64,000 bases of DNA from a virus: the IMG/VR virus record IMGVR_UViG_3300008050_000001, positions 4,615 through 68,614 of that record. One strand, written 5' to 3'. Numbering within the stretch: the first letter of the stretch is position 1; each line of letters starts with the position of its first letter. Under the pieces are notes generated by a model, which searched no databases, was not told the origin of the DNA, and worked only from the letters and a program-made list of their open reading frames with translations. A program made the translations under genes and the position numbers. Positions 1 to 15,207 of the stretch are shown one piece after another.

Positions 1-305
1 TTACAATTAGAACAAATCAAGTAGTAAAAATGGCGAGAGGAACAGACTACAATGTATCCACTTATGCGGTTAGTGACGCAGAAAAGTCGGATGCTATCAA
101 ATACCTAGTTTGTTGTGATTGTCTAAGGGTGCTGATAGATACAGCCCCAATGTATGTGCCTGAGAATGAGTTTAGACAACAGGACATAAGGTTGAGAACT
201 CAATTAGAAACTATGCAAAAACAGGCTAACGAAGTCCTTGCACTCATAGCGGAAGAAGGCGGAACTGCATTCTACACGACACAGAGTAGCACAAGGATTG
301 AATAA
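1..305 (+). CDS. Virion/head-associated protein, probably 5'-truncated by the window edge
   Basis: The frame of ORF 30..305 is open back to position 3. Helical protein leading the structural operon. Confidence 0.45.
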   Translation, partial: TIRTNQVVKMARGTDYNVSTYAVSDAEKSDAIKYLVCCDCLRVLIDTAPMYVPENEFRQQDIRLRTQLETMQKQANEVLALIAEEGGTAFYTTQSSTRIE

Positions 306-307
306 GC

Positions 308-1861
308 ATGGTTAATTTCTATTGGTATCCGACAAGCGGCAATGATGCTGATACATTAGCCAATTGGAATACTACCGCAGGGGGCGGAGGTTCAGCCCCT
401 GCTGATTTAGCGGCTCTGAAAGCCGGAACTTTGATATTTACTGGTAATACAGACGAAGTTAATTTTAACTTAACTGACTCTGATGGTATCCATATATTGG
501 AAGATTGGGCTAAATCGGGTCCTGTTGCACACGCTTTTAATTTAGAAGCAAATGTGACTACTAACCACCTTATCCTAAAGGGTGGTAAAATGGTAGTAGC
601 AGACCCATATACAATTACTGTAGATAGTGCTAATGCGATACAAACGAGCAACGGAACTCTTATTGAGTTCGGAGGTATATTCGGTTATTATGGAACTGCG
701 AGAGAAAAATTAACCTTTGATATGAGAAACGGAACTGGTGGTATCCTTCGCTTTGATGATGGTTTATATCCTAATGTGACCGTCACAAGTGGTAGTTTTT
801 CTGCCGAACACATCACTACTGCAAGCACTCATGGTAAAGTAGATTTCTACAGTCTTAATTTTACGAGCGGTGCATTATTGACTGAAACAAGCGCGGCTTC
901 ATATTCTAGCAACGATAGTGATAAATCATTCTATTTAGCAACCAGCGAACTCACTATAGCAACCGCCTTTTTCCATTGTGGTCTTTCTCAATGGACTTTT
1001 CAAGGAGAAACAAGTGGGTTTTTTGAGATTCCATCTAATGGTAATGTTGAGTATTATGGTAATGCTGGTGCTTTTAATTATTCATGTCGTTCATTAACAA
1101 TTGATACTACAGAAAATGGTGCAGGTTCTAAGGCAAGGATTGGGAAAGGAGCAATTCTCAATTTAGAATACTTGAAAATAGAATCAGGGGCAGTATTAGC
1201 CGCAACAGATGGTGGTTTAATTTACTGTTCAAGCGCACCAAATATAGAAGGGTCTTGGGCTTTCAAGCAGACTGCTACTGGTGTTTATATCCCCATAGAT
1301 GATGATATTATGATAGGAACAGGACATGGTGGAACAGGCAAAACAACATTGGGTCTTAGTAATCAAGTTCTTAGAGTAAATAGCGGTAGAACAGGCTTAG
1401 AATGGGCTACTGTGACTTCCGGCGGCCCTACTGGTTCTACAGGTCCTACCGGACCGGCCGGACCAAGTGGGCCGGAAGGCCCCGCTGGACCAACAGGACC
1501 ATCCGGTCCTACTGGGTCTACAGGAATAGCAGGGCCAACTGGACCTACTGGTCCTACAGGGCCTACTGGAGCGGATAGCACAGTTGCTGGCCCTACTGGG
1601 GCTACTGGTTCTACAGGGCCAACTGGACCTACTGGTTCAGTAGGACCCACAGGACCAACGGGTCCTTCGGGTCCAACAGGTGTTGCTGGCCCTACTGGTT
1701 CATCAGGGGCTACAGGCTCTACAGGTCCAAGTGGACCAACTGGTCCTACTGGTCCTACTGGAACAGTAGGGGAAGGTATGTCTATTATTGATATTGGGTC
1801 ATTAGTCACAGACGGAACAGATTGTTCGACCATCATATTTGGTGAAATAAACACAAGTTAG
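308..1861 (+). CDS. Virion fibre protein with C-terminal collagen-like (GPT)n repeat
   Basis: Beta-rich N-terminus ([11 protein letters not shown]), a GHGGTG-type fibre motif and about 110 aa of Gly-X-Y repeat. Confidence 0.75.
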   Translation: MVNFYWYPTSGNDADTLANWNTTAGGGGSAPADLAALKAGTLIFTGNTDEVNFNLTDSDGIHILEDWAKSGPVAHAFNLEANVTTNHLILKGGKMVVADPYTITVDSANAIQTSNGTLIEFGGIFGYYGTAREKLTFDMRNGTGGILRFDDGLYPNVTVTSGSFSAEHITTASTHGKVDFYSLNFTSGALLTETSAASYSSNDSDKSFYLATSELTIATAFFHCGLSQWTFQGETSGFFEIPSNGNVEYYGNAGAFNYSCRSLTIDTTENGAGSKARIGKGAILNLEYLKIESGAVLAATDGGLIYCSSAPNIEGSWAFKQTATGVYIPIDDDIMIGTGHGGTGKTTLGLSNQVLRVNSGRTGLEWATVTSGGPTGSTGPTGPAGPSGPEGPAGPTGPSGPTGSTGIAGPTGPTGPTGPTGADSTVAGPTGATGSTGPTGPTGSVGPTGPTGPSGPTGVAGPTGSSGATGSTGPSGPTGPTGPTGTVGEGMSIIDIGSLVTDGTDCSTIIFGEINTS

Positions 1862-1896
1862 AAATATCATTGACGAGTAAAGAGAGGTAGATATAG

Positions 1897-8079
<6,183 letters not shown>

Positions 8080-8083
8080 TTAA

Positions 8084-8701
8084 ATGGCCTCAATTAACTT
8101 AGGTGTTGTTGGTTGTATAGCCGCAAGCGCGGCGGGGTTTTCAACGCCAGCGCAGACTATTGCTACTACTTCTACGGGTAATTACGATATGGCTTTTGAA
8201 GTCCACCCAACAGGAAATGTTTGGCCTAACCATAATGTTTGGCCGGGTGGAAAAATGGATGGTTCTCAGTTTACTCAAACCGGGAACAAAGAATCTACCG
8301 GAAGTATGAATTGGTCCACCGGGAGTTTGAACCTGTGGGCTAGCAGTAGTTATGGGGCCATACAGTTGTATAGTGGCGGTTATGCAAGACACAGCCTTTC
8401 AAGTCCTTCCTATACTTGGGAAATCTTGGGGGTATCTTCCAGTCTGAGTAATGGGGTCACTTTAGCCCTCAGTCCTAGTGTGCAATACAAGACAGTTCAA
8501 GATTGCACAGGCATTAACGATACCGCCTCATCTACAGGGATATGCACCGGTGACCAAGTGAGCCTTACCTTTGGTGGAGGTCGTGGTGGTATTCTTTACC
8601 CTGCGGCCGGTGATACTATGGAATGGATAGTTAAAATGACTCTTAATACGAATGTTAATCTAACATTCTCTTCTAAAGTAGACATAACATGGGTGGCTTA
8701 A
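8084..8701 (+). CDS. Hypothetical, probably fibre-associated structural protein
   Basis: S/T/G-rich beta protein directly after the fibre gene, with a GGGGTGA SD. Confidence 0.55.
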   Translation: MASINLGVVGCIAASAAGFSTPAQTIATTSTGNYDMAFEVHPTGNVWPNHNVWPGGKMDGSQFTQTGNKESTGSMNWSTGSLNLWASSSYGAIQLYSGGYARHSLSSPSYTWEILGVSSSLSNGVTLALSPSVQYKTVQDCTGINDTASSTGICTGDQVSLTFGGGRGGILYPAAGDTMEWIVKMTLNTNVNLTFSSKVDITWVA

Positions 8702-9262
8702 ATGAGTAGAATAGAAGTAAATATCCCCGAAGGAGTATTGGGTGATTATGAGGTTGCTCACTATACATCAGAAACAACAGATAATATGTGGAACATCTAT
8801 CTAACGATGAAGAACGAAACCCATGCTTCTCATACAGTTCTACTCAAGGCAGGTTGCCCTATGCCTATCATGCAAGACTCAGAAGCAGAATACAATGAAC
8901 ATCAATGGTTATGGGATAATGCAACAGGAAGAGTATTAGTGGGTGGTCTTGGTTTAGGTATGATTCATCAGGCGTTAATTGATAACCCAAATGTTGAATC
9001 GGTCACAATTATAGAGTCAGAACAAGATGTAATAGATTTAGTGTGGGAGCATTGTGCAAAGAATGACTCTTTCACATTGGTGGTTGCAGATTTTGAAACA
9101 TGGGAACCACCCGAAGGTTCAGATTTTGATACTGTTTGGGCTGATACTTGGTTAGTAGATAATCCTATTACATTGAAGGAATATAATGAGTTAATTATTA
9201 GTAAATACTCACATTTTACCGCTAACATTGGATTTTGGGGTGTAAACCAACCCAATGTTTAA
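8702..9262 (+). CDS. Class I SAM-dependent methyltransferase, spermidine-synthase-like
   Basis: VLVGGLGLG motif I, VTIIE motif II and FDTVWAD. Confidence 0.8.
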   Translation: MSRIEVNIPEGVLGDYEVAHYTSETTDNMWNIYLTMKNETHASHTVLLKAGCPMPIMQDSEAEYNEHQWLWDNATGRVLVGGLGLGMIHQALIDNPNVESVTIIESEQDVIDLVWEHCAKNDSFTLVVADFETWEPPEGSDFDTVWADTWLVDNPITLKEYNELIISKYSHFTANIGFWGVNQPNV

Positions 9263-9286
9263 TACCTACCAACTTTAGGTGATATT

Positions 9287-9838
9287 ATGAGAAAACACCC
9301 TGCTTGGATAATGTGGGAAGCGGAGTTGAGCGACGAAGAATGCGATTTTATCATTGCATCCGGCCAAACCTTGGAACCACAAAACGCAAGGACATTTAAG
9401 GACCAAGATGACCCTAACAGAAAAACACAAGTTAGATGGATTCACCGTGATAAGTTTCCCGGCATTTTAGATGTAGTAGATAAGTATGCAAGAGAGGCTA
9501 ACAAGCACTTTAAGTTGCATATAACAGAACTTCCTTATCTTCAATATACTGAATACAAAGACATAGGGCATTTCTATGGCGACCACCATGATGTAGATTG
9601 GGATAGAGATGATGGATTACATAGAAAAATATCTGTTGTTATCCAATTATCAGACCCTAAAGATTACGAAGGGGGGGAGTTTTCCTTTATGACTACACAA
9701 AACCCTGATTCCGAAGCGGTTAAGAAGCGAGGAACAATCATAGCATTTGTATCATATTATGACCACGCAGTATCTCCCATTACAGAAGGTAATAGGAATA
9801 GTTTGGTAGGATGGTATGAAGGACCTAGATGGTGTTAA
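9287..9838 (+). CDS. 2OG-Fe(II) oxygenase (PKHD/prolyl 4-hydroxylase-like)
   Basis: HxD (HHD), RKISVVIQLSDPKDYEGGEF, distal H (DHAV) and RNSLVGW. Confidence 0.9.
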   Translation: MRKHPAWIMWEAELSDEECDFIIASGQTLEPQNARTFKDQDDPNRKTQVRWIHRDKFPGILDVVDKYAREANKHFKLHITELPYLQYTEYKDIGHFYGDHHDVDWDRDDGLHRKISVVIQLSDPKDYEGGEFSFMTTQNPDSEAVKKRGTIIAFVSYYDHAVSPITEGNRNSLVGWYEGPRWC

Positions 9839-9839
9839 T

Positions 9840-10007
9840 ATGAAAGAAGGAAAAATAGTATACCAACCACCCGAAAAGTGCTATACAAGAGTTCTCATAG
9901 AAGAAACCACACATGGCTACAAAATCTATAGAGCAGGTGAAGATGGCCCATTTACAGTAATTCCACATTCCGCAGTTAAGGAAATACAATACAAGGGGGG
10001 TGAATGA
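9840..10007 (+). CDS. Small hypothetical protein
   Basis: MKEGKIVY... fills the operon gap; start chosen after the previous stop. Confidence 0.55.
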   Translation: MKEGKIVYQPPEKCYTRVLIEETTHGYKIYRAGEDGPFTVIPHSAVKEIQYKGGE

Positions 10008-10317
10008 TATACAGATTTATGGAGTAGAGTTAGAGATATGGCTTGGATTGGCCGCCGCAGTAGGCGCAGGTGCAATATGGGGCCTTAAGAAGTATCAACA
10101 AATCAATGCTGATGGTAAGATAACACTTGATGAAGTTCTTGGAGCAGTAGAAGAAAGCGAAGAGTTCGCAGACAAAATAGTTGATGCCGCAGAAGATTTG
10201 GAAGAGGCTCTTGAAACCAAGAAAAAGGCTGAGTTAATCGCTATCGCTAAAGAAAAGGGTCTTTCTACTACCGGAACTAAAGCCGATTTAATCGAGCGTA
10301 TTTCCGGTGTTGAGTAG
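10000..10317 (+). CDS. Membrane-anchored protein with EF-hand-like loop and C-terminal SAP domain
   Basis: TM helix IWLGLAAAVGAGAIWGL, NADGKITLDEV, and KKAELIAIAKEKGLSTTGTKADLIERI (SAP). Confidence 0.75.
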   Translation: MNDIQIYGVELEIWLGLAAAVGAGAIWGLKKYQQINADGKITLDEVLGAVEESEEFADKIVDAAEDLEEALETKKKAELIAIAKEKGLSTTGTKADLIERISGVE

Positions 10318-10695
10318 ATGTTAAGTTCAGACTATTGGGAAGATGAACAGGGCGGTGTCTTGTTTCTCTTCTTGATATGTCTACTTACCATTACTGCAAG
10401 TTCATTATCCCCTTACAAGCCGTCAGGCTTGATATTTACGGATGATTGCTATTGGGTAGAAGGGTATGTAGTAGATAAATACTACGAAACAGGCTATTTA
10501 ACTACTGATTATTACATAGTGTTCAATGGAACAGCAAATAACGAAACTGATTTTGAAGGAAGCGTTTATACGACCTTCCCTACATATTTCATAACGCCAG
10601 TAGGTTATCATATCGAGGGGGGCGAGTTTTGCGAAGTTCAGACAGTAAGGGAGTGGATTCAGAGCGGGAACCTAACCCTGACTTTAGTAGAGTAG
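10318..10695 (+). CDS. Hypothetical membrane-anchored protein
   Basis: N-terminal hydrophobic helix; abuts the previous gene. Confidence 0.55.
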   Translation: MLSSDYWEDEQGGVLFLFLICLLTITASSLSPYKPSGLIFTDDCYWVEGYVVDKYYETGYLTTDYYIVFNGTANNETDFEGSVYTTFPTYFITPVGYHIEGGEFCEVQTVREWIQSGNLTLTLVE

Positions 10696-10877
10696 AATGG
10701 AGATTACACCGTTTAGAAGAGAGGGTTATAGCAATGGCTACCACGATACAGAATATACAGTATGAAAAGTTGGTTAAATATGACCGGCAGATTGATAGGT
10801 CAGCGACCCTAATGAACAGAATAGTGTGGGCCTTAAGGCTCTGTGCATTATGTTTCTTAGTGGGTGTGTTTCTTTGA
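10629..10877 (+). CDS. Small coiled-coil protein with C-terminal TM helix (start uncertain)
   Basis: RLHRLEERV heptads and a hydrophobic C-terminus. Confidence 0.4.
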   Translation: MRSSDSKGVDSEREPNPDFSRVEWRLHRLEERVIAMATTIQNIQYEKLVKYDRQIDRSATLMNRIVWALRLCALCFLVGVFL

Positions 10878-11413
10878 GTTATTACTGTTCTAATTCTGAT
10901 GTGGGCCAAAGATTGGGCCTTGATTCTGCACAAAGAAGCAGGGCCGCTACAAGACTAACAAGTGCTATTAGAAGGGCTACAATAGACATAGACCAAGCCT
11001 TTAGAGATTACGGAAGAGATGCACCAAGCAGAGAAATAGGCGAAACCACCTTGAATGGGGCAGTTGCCGCAGGTGCTACAACAGTAGTTTTGACTGATGG
11101 TGCTTCTTTTGCTTCTGCTGGTAATGGAAATATAGATGGAGATTCATTCGCATGGACTGGTAAATCTACACATACCTTAACTGGAGTATCAGGAATATCC
11201 GCAGACCATTTATCCGGCGTAGCCGTTCAAGAAGGAGAGTTTGCTCATGTTATTAGAGAGATTTGCGCTGATTTGGCCGCCTCCTACTACTTGGAAGATG
11301 ACTCTGTGTTTCAGCAAGGTGGTTTAAGGGATGGTGGTTTGAGAACCAACACCCTAAGGTCAAGAGGTAATGATTCTCTAACTCGTTTAGCCCACCTTGG
11401 AAGTGTTGACTAA
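10874..11413 (+). CDS. Head-tail adaptor (gp6/gp15-like) with inserted beta domain
   Basis: YYCSNSDVGQRL...AIRRATIDID...IREICADLAASYYL pattern; likely TTG start at 10874. Confidence 0.65.
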   Translation: MSYYCSNSDVGQRLGLDSAQRSRAATRLTSAIRRATIDIDQAFRDYGRDAPSREIGETTLNGAVAAGATTVVLTDGASFASAGNGNIDGDSFAWTGKSTHTLTGVSGISADHLSGVAVQEGEFAHVIREICADLAASYYLEDDSVFQQGGLRDGGLRTNTLRSRGNDSLTRLAHLGSVD

Positions 11414-12141
11414 TGCCGTATACCCGCCAATTAGCCCCTTATCGCCGCCGTAGTGGTGGAGCAAACATGGGTTCTGCGTTGCAGTTTAGAGTAGGGTATT
11501 ACGATAGAGGACTTATCAAAGCCATAGAAGACTTAGATACTGAAATAAATGATTCAAAACAATGGTTAGCGTATGAGATTTGGGGTTATTTGAAATCAGA
11601 GGTAATACCTGCGGCCCAAGTGCAACTCAAAAAGAAAGACCCCCAAACATGGAATAAAACGCTACCACCAACAAGACAATTCAAAGCAAGTAAGAGCATC
11701 TACAGAAGAGTTGCTGACTCTTTAGATGCAGAGGTTATGCCTGATGGAATAGTAAGGGCGGGTTCCTTCCCTATTCCTTACGGTGTTAAGGGCCAAAGGC
11801 AACCCGAAAATACAAAGAAAACCATTGCTCAAATAGTAAAGCGTGGTATGAGTCCATTCACCTATAGGAAAAAGGGTAGATTAACCAGCCTACCACCTAC
11901 TGTAAGGTCATCTGTTAGATACGGAAACCTAAAGAAGGCGGCCGGTGTAAACCCATATAGCGTAATGAGTTCATTACCAATGTCGTTAAAGGGCAAACAC
12001 CCCGGATTTACAGGTAGAAAAAGATATGATTATACTGCCTTTATGGAAAATATGATTAGGCAAGATTTCAGAGAAAAGTGGATACCAAGACGACTTGAGT
12101 TCTTGGGAAGCGCATTAGGATTTAGAAGTGGAAGTGTGTAG
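11413..12141 (+). CDS. Putative neck/tail-completion protein (HK97 gp10-like position)
   Basis: Basic protein with a late HPG motif, lying between adaptor and terminator. Confidence 0.5.
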   Translation: MPYTRQLAPYRRRSGGANMGSALQFRVGYYDRGLIKAIEDLDTEINDSKQWLAYEIWGYLKSEVIPAAQVQLKKKDPQTWNKTLPPTRQFKASKSIYRRVADSLDAEVMPDGIVRAGSFPIPYGVKGQRQPENTKKTIAQIVKRGMSPFTYRKKGRLTSLPPTVRSSVRYGNLKKAAGVNPYSVMSSLPMSLKGKHPGFTGRKRYDYTAFMENMIRQDFREKWIPRRLEFLGSALGFRSGSV

Positions 12142-12142
12142 A

Positions 12143-13228
12143 ATGGCTATATCAGATAGAACTCATTATTGGACCAGTAGAACTAATTTATCAGACCCAA
12201 GTAGTGCTAACGGGGCAAACAATATAGATTGGACTCGAACTGCTGGAGATGCTGGAGATGGTTCAGCAAATGATAATAATTGGAGAATAGTGAGTGGTTC
12301 GGGAGGCCAAACATGGAAGGTAAGTGCCGAAAGTAGCAACACTCTCGTTGCTAGTTTTGTCTATGTTGCTAAACCGGATGCTGATGAAGTCGTTATGGCT
12401 ATTGATAATGGAACCCATAGAGCAGAAGTGCAAATAGCAAGTAGCAACGAGCAAATTAAATTAGTTGGTGCTACTACTGCTACCAAATCAGATTTGGATT
12501 TAGATGCAAGCGAAGATTGGTCTGTTCCTGTTTTGCTTAGGCTTACCTTAGACTCTAGCGGTAATGCTAAACTGTATTTTGACGACATTATAGAGGATGA
12601 TGATGCAAATACGCACTATTTGAGCGTCACAGGCTCTTCATCTAGTAGTAATGGTGTTTATTGGGGCAACACTACAGGAACTTTAGATTGGGAACTTGTT
12701 TATTGCACTACACATGGCGCATATTCGCCCGATGAAATGGATATTAGCGATTTTGTGACTACATCTTTCATTAGAACTGGGTTATCTGTAGTAGAAGTTC
12801 TCAAGAACTCTAAGAGATTCTTCATTAAGAACCATGTGACCCCTTCCTCTATCATTTATGGCTATGATTTATCTAGTGGTATGGTAAGTAGGCTTACGCC
12901 GCCCACTATTCATGTAGTTATTACTACTTCTGCATCCCCCCAATTCAATACTTTGGCTGGAGCAAACACAGAACAAGATTATACTATTGATTTGTATGTG
13001 ACTACAAGAGGAACAGATTACAAAAACGCATATAGATTAGGTCTTTCTATCTTAGGAGAATGTTTTGATGAATTGTATACTAAGACTGGTTTAGAGGGCA
13101 GTATTGATTCCTTAATTGGGTATAATCTCACATTTGATTCAAAAATGGATGAAGATGAGGTGGTTTGTATCCACCAACTTAATTTATCATACATGAAAAG
13201 AGTAAACATGACTCGTAGAGAGATATGA
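12143..13228 (+). CDS. Putative tail terminator with N-terminal beta-sandwich extension
   Basis: C-terminal PTIHVV...DYTIDLYVTT terminator-like fold, immediately before the tail tube gene. Confidence 0.55.
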   Translation: MAISDRTHYWTSRTNLSDPSSANGANNIDWTRTAGDAGDGSANDNNWRIVSGSGGQTWKVSAESSNTLVASFVYVAKPDADEVVMAIDNGTHRAEVQIASSNEQIKLVGATTATKSDLDLDASEDWSVPVLLRLTLDSSGNAKLYFDDIIEDDDANTHYLSVTGSSSSSNGVYWGNTTGTLDWELVYCTTHGAYSPDEMDISDFVTTSFIRTGLSVVEVLKNSKRFFIKNHVTPSSIIYGYDLSSGMVSRLTPPTIHVVITTSASPQFNTLAGANTEQDYTIDLYVTTRGTDYKNAYRLGLSILGECFDELYTKTGLEGSIDSLIGYNLTFDSKMDEDEVVCIHQLNLSYMKRVNMTRREI

Positions 13229-13278
13229 TAACAGTTAAATATCACAGGCTAAGTGTATTGGTTTAGAGGCGACGATAC

Positions 13279-14325
13279 ATGACGACATTCGCAAATAGAT
13301 ATGTAGCAGTTGGGAAGGAAGCGACCTATGGAACCCCCGTCAGCGCAACCGCATACGGTGAAGTTGATGATGAAGGATTCCAAGAGTCTTTTGATGTTCT
13401 ACAACGCTCAGATATGAACAGATATGGAACGCAAAAGGCAATTGATTCAAAACATTATGGTGATGGGTCCTTTTCAATGCCGCTACAACCTGATAGATTC
13501 ACGATGATGTGTCTACACGGTCTTTTCGGCACACACACCCCCGGCGGAACTCCCGGAACTAATGATACTCTTACAGAAATAAGCACAGGTATGCTTAACT
13601 CTTTCACCTTTAGGGTTGGTAGAGATGAAAAGGAGTTCATGTATGGTGGTCAGGCTATTGAGAGTTGTTCGATTAGCGCATCCGTTGGCGAATACGCTAT
13701 GATTTCCTTTAACACAACTGGTATGCGAAGCAACTTTAGTCTAGCAACCGGAGCGGCAGTAGCCCCCGGCACTTTAGCAAGTCCTACTTATGATTATACC
13801 GGAGATGCGGCACACTTCGTAGGTGCTTTTGTTAATTTCGAGGGAGCCGCATCTACTTCCGCTTATTCCAAGTTGGTTCAAAGTATTTCTGTTGATATTA
13901 AGACAAACAGAGATATTGATAATTCATATAATTTGGGAGATTCTACCTGCACACGCAATCCACCCTTGGGTCTGAGAGAGATTTCAGGAACAATTACTTT
14001 CCATAAGAATGTTCTAAGCGGAGATATAGCGGCTAACGAACCTGATTTCGTTAATCTACTAACTGGAGATTTGGTAAATGGAAGCGCGGCCGCGCCAGCC
14101 ATTTCAATGCTCTTCTATGTAGATGCAAGCAACCACATTCGTTTAGATGTTCATAAGGTTCATTATGAGGCCCCACAGACAAGTGTAAGCGGTAGAGATA
14201 GTCAAACAATGTCGGTCAACTTCATGGGATTGTATGACGAAACGGAAACAGAGATGGCTAAGATTACCTTCTCATCTGCATCTACGGCCTTCACAGGTGG
14301 AGCAAAAGTAGATTTGGATGCGTGA
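13279..14325 (+). CDS. Major tail tube protein
   Basis: YVAVGKEATYGT start, SFTFRVG, REISGTITF; position before chaperones and tape measure. Confidence 0.8.
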   Translation: MTTFANRYVAVGKEATYGTPVSATAYGEVDDEGFQESFDVLQRSDMNRYGTQKAIDSKHYGDGSFSMPLQPDRFTMMCLHGLFGTHTPGGTPGTNDTLTEISTGMLNSFTFRVGRDEKEFMYGGQAIESCSISASVGEYAMISFNTTGMRSNFSLATGAAVAPGTLASPTYDYTGDAAHFVGAFVNFEGAASTSAYSKLVQSISVDIKTNRDIDNSYNLGDSTCTRNPPLGLREISGTITFHKNVLSGDIAANEPDFVNLLTGDLVNGSAAAPAISMLFYVDASNHIRLDVHKVHYEAPQTSVSGRDSQTMSVNFMGLYDETETEMAKITFSSASTAFTGGAKVDLDA

Positions 14326-14335
14326 AGGTGATTAG

Positions 14336-14521
14336 ATGGGAGCCATAACTGCCGCAAGCAACTTAACAGTCAATACCATTATTGGCTCGCATACTGGCTT
14401 AGGGGCAAGTGTGCAAACCTTCCTTAGGACACTTTCAAATGGTGATATTATTCACGATATTACCATCGTCAAAAAGGCCGCAGGTAATAATTACATTGCG
14501 TATATTACCTACGAAACATGA
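14336..14521 (+). CDS. Small hypothetical protein
   Basis: GGTGA SD; lies within the operon. Confidence 0.6.
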   Translation: MGAITAASNLTVNTIIGSHTGLGASVQTFLRTLSNGDIIHDITIVKKAAGNNYIAYITYET

Positions 14522-14564
14522 GATTAGTTAGAGAATAGATTAGAATAGTAAAGAGTGAGAAGAT

Positions 14565-14918
14565 ATGCCTGTATTGAAAAAAGAAATAGAACTAGATGAT
14601 GGAAGCAAGGTCTTGGTGCGCCAAGTATCAGGGCTTGAACGATTAGCGTTAGATGCGAAGCAAGCAAGAGTGTTTCGCTCAATGCGTGAGTTTGGGGCTA
14701 ACCCCCTAGACTGGTCAGAAGACCAACAAATGCAATTCGCAGAGGCTTTAGATGAAGCAGACTGCGGCCCCGCCGCTCAAATAGCGAATTGGGTTCCACT
14801 ATGTATTCTCTCGGAAAATGTCGATGTTAATGATTTAACTTCCTCAGAACTACAAGAAATCCTTAGATTTGTTAGGGGCGACGATGAAGGGGGCGGTATC
14901 CCTTTGTCGAGTTCCTGA
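14565..14918 (+). CDS. Tail assembly chaperone (gpG-like)
   Basis: Lies between tail tube and tape measure; slippery site near the 3' end. Confidence 0.75.
   Translation: MPVLKKEIELDDGSKVLVRQVSGLERLALDAKQARVFRSMREFGANPLDWSEDQQMQFAEALDEADCGPAAQIANWVPLCILSENVDVNDLTSSELQEILRFVRGDDEGGGIPLSSS
14900..14906 (+). other. -1 programmed frameshift slippery heptamer C CCT TTG
   Basis: X XXY YYZ in frame; the -1 frame is open into ORF 14918..15205. Confidence 0.7.
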
Positions 14919-15205
14919 TGGTAGCCCCTGCGTTATGTTCTTCATTCAAAGGCGTTTTGCCGAGCGAATTAAGGATGAAATACTCACAAGAGGGGGGCAG
15001 ACACATGATGGAAATAGATTTGGCGGTAGCATCTGAAATCTCCGAAAGAATCGCAGAACAAACCGACCAAGATTCCCCTGCCGCCGCTTCAAGGAAGGCT
15101 ACAAAGGCCGTTCATAGGCGAAATCAACGCAGAGCGGCCACGATAGATGGTAAGGGCTTAGGGGAAGCGTTAAATGAGGCGTTTGGTAATATGGAGAATG
15201 ATTAA
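14918..15205 (+). CDS. Tail assembly chaperone C-terminal extension (gpT-like)
   Basis: In the -1 frame relative to the upstream chaperone; directly precedes the tape measure. Confidence 0.7.
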   Translation: MVAPALCSSFKGVLPSELRMKYSQEGGRHMMEIDLAVASEISERIAEQTDQDSPAAASRKATKAVHRRNQRRAATIDGKGLGEALNEAFGNMEND

Positions 15206-15207
15206 GT

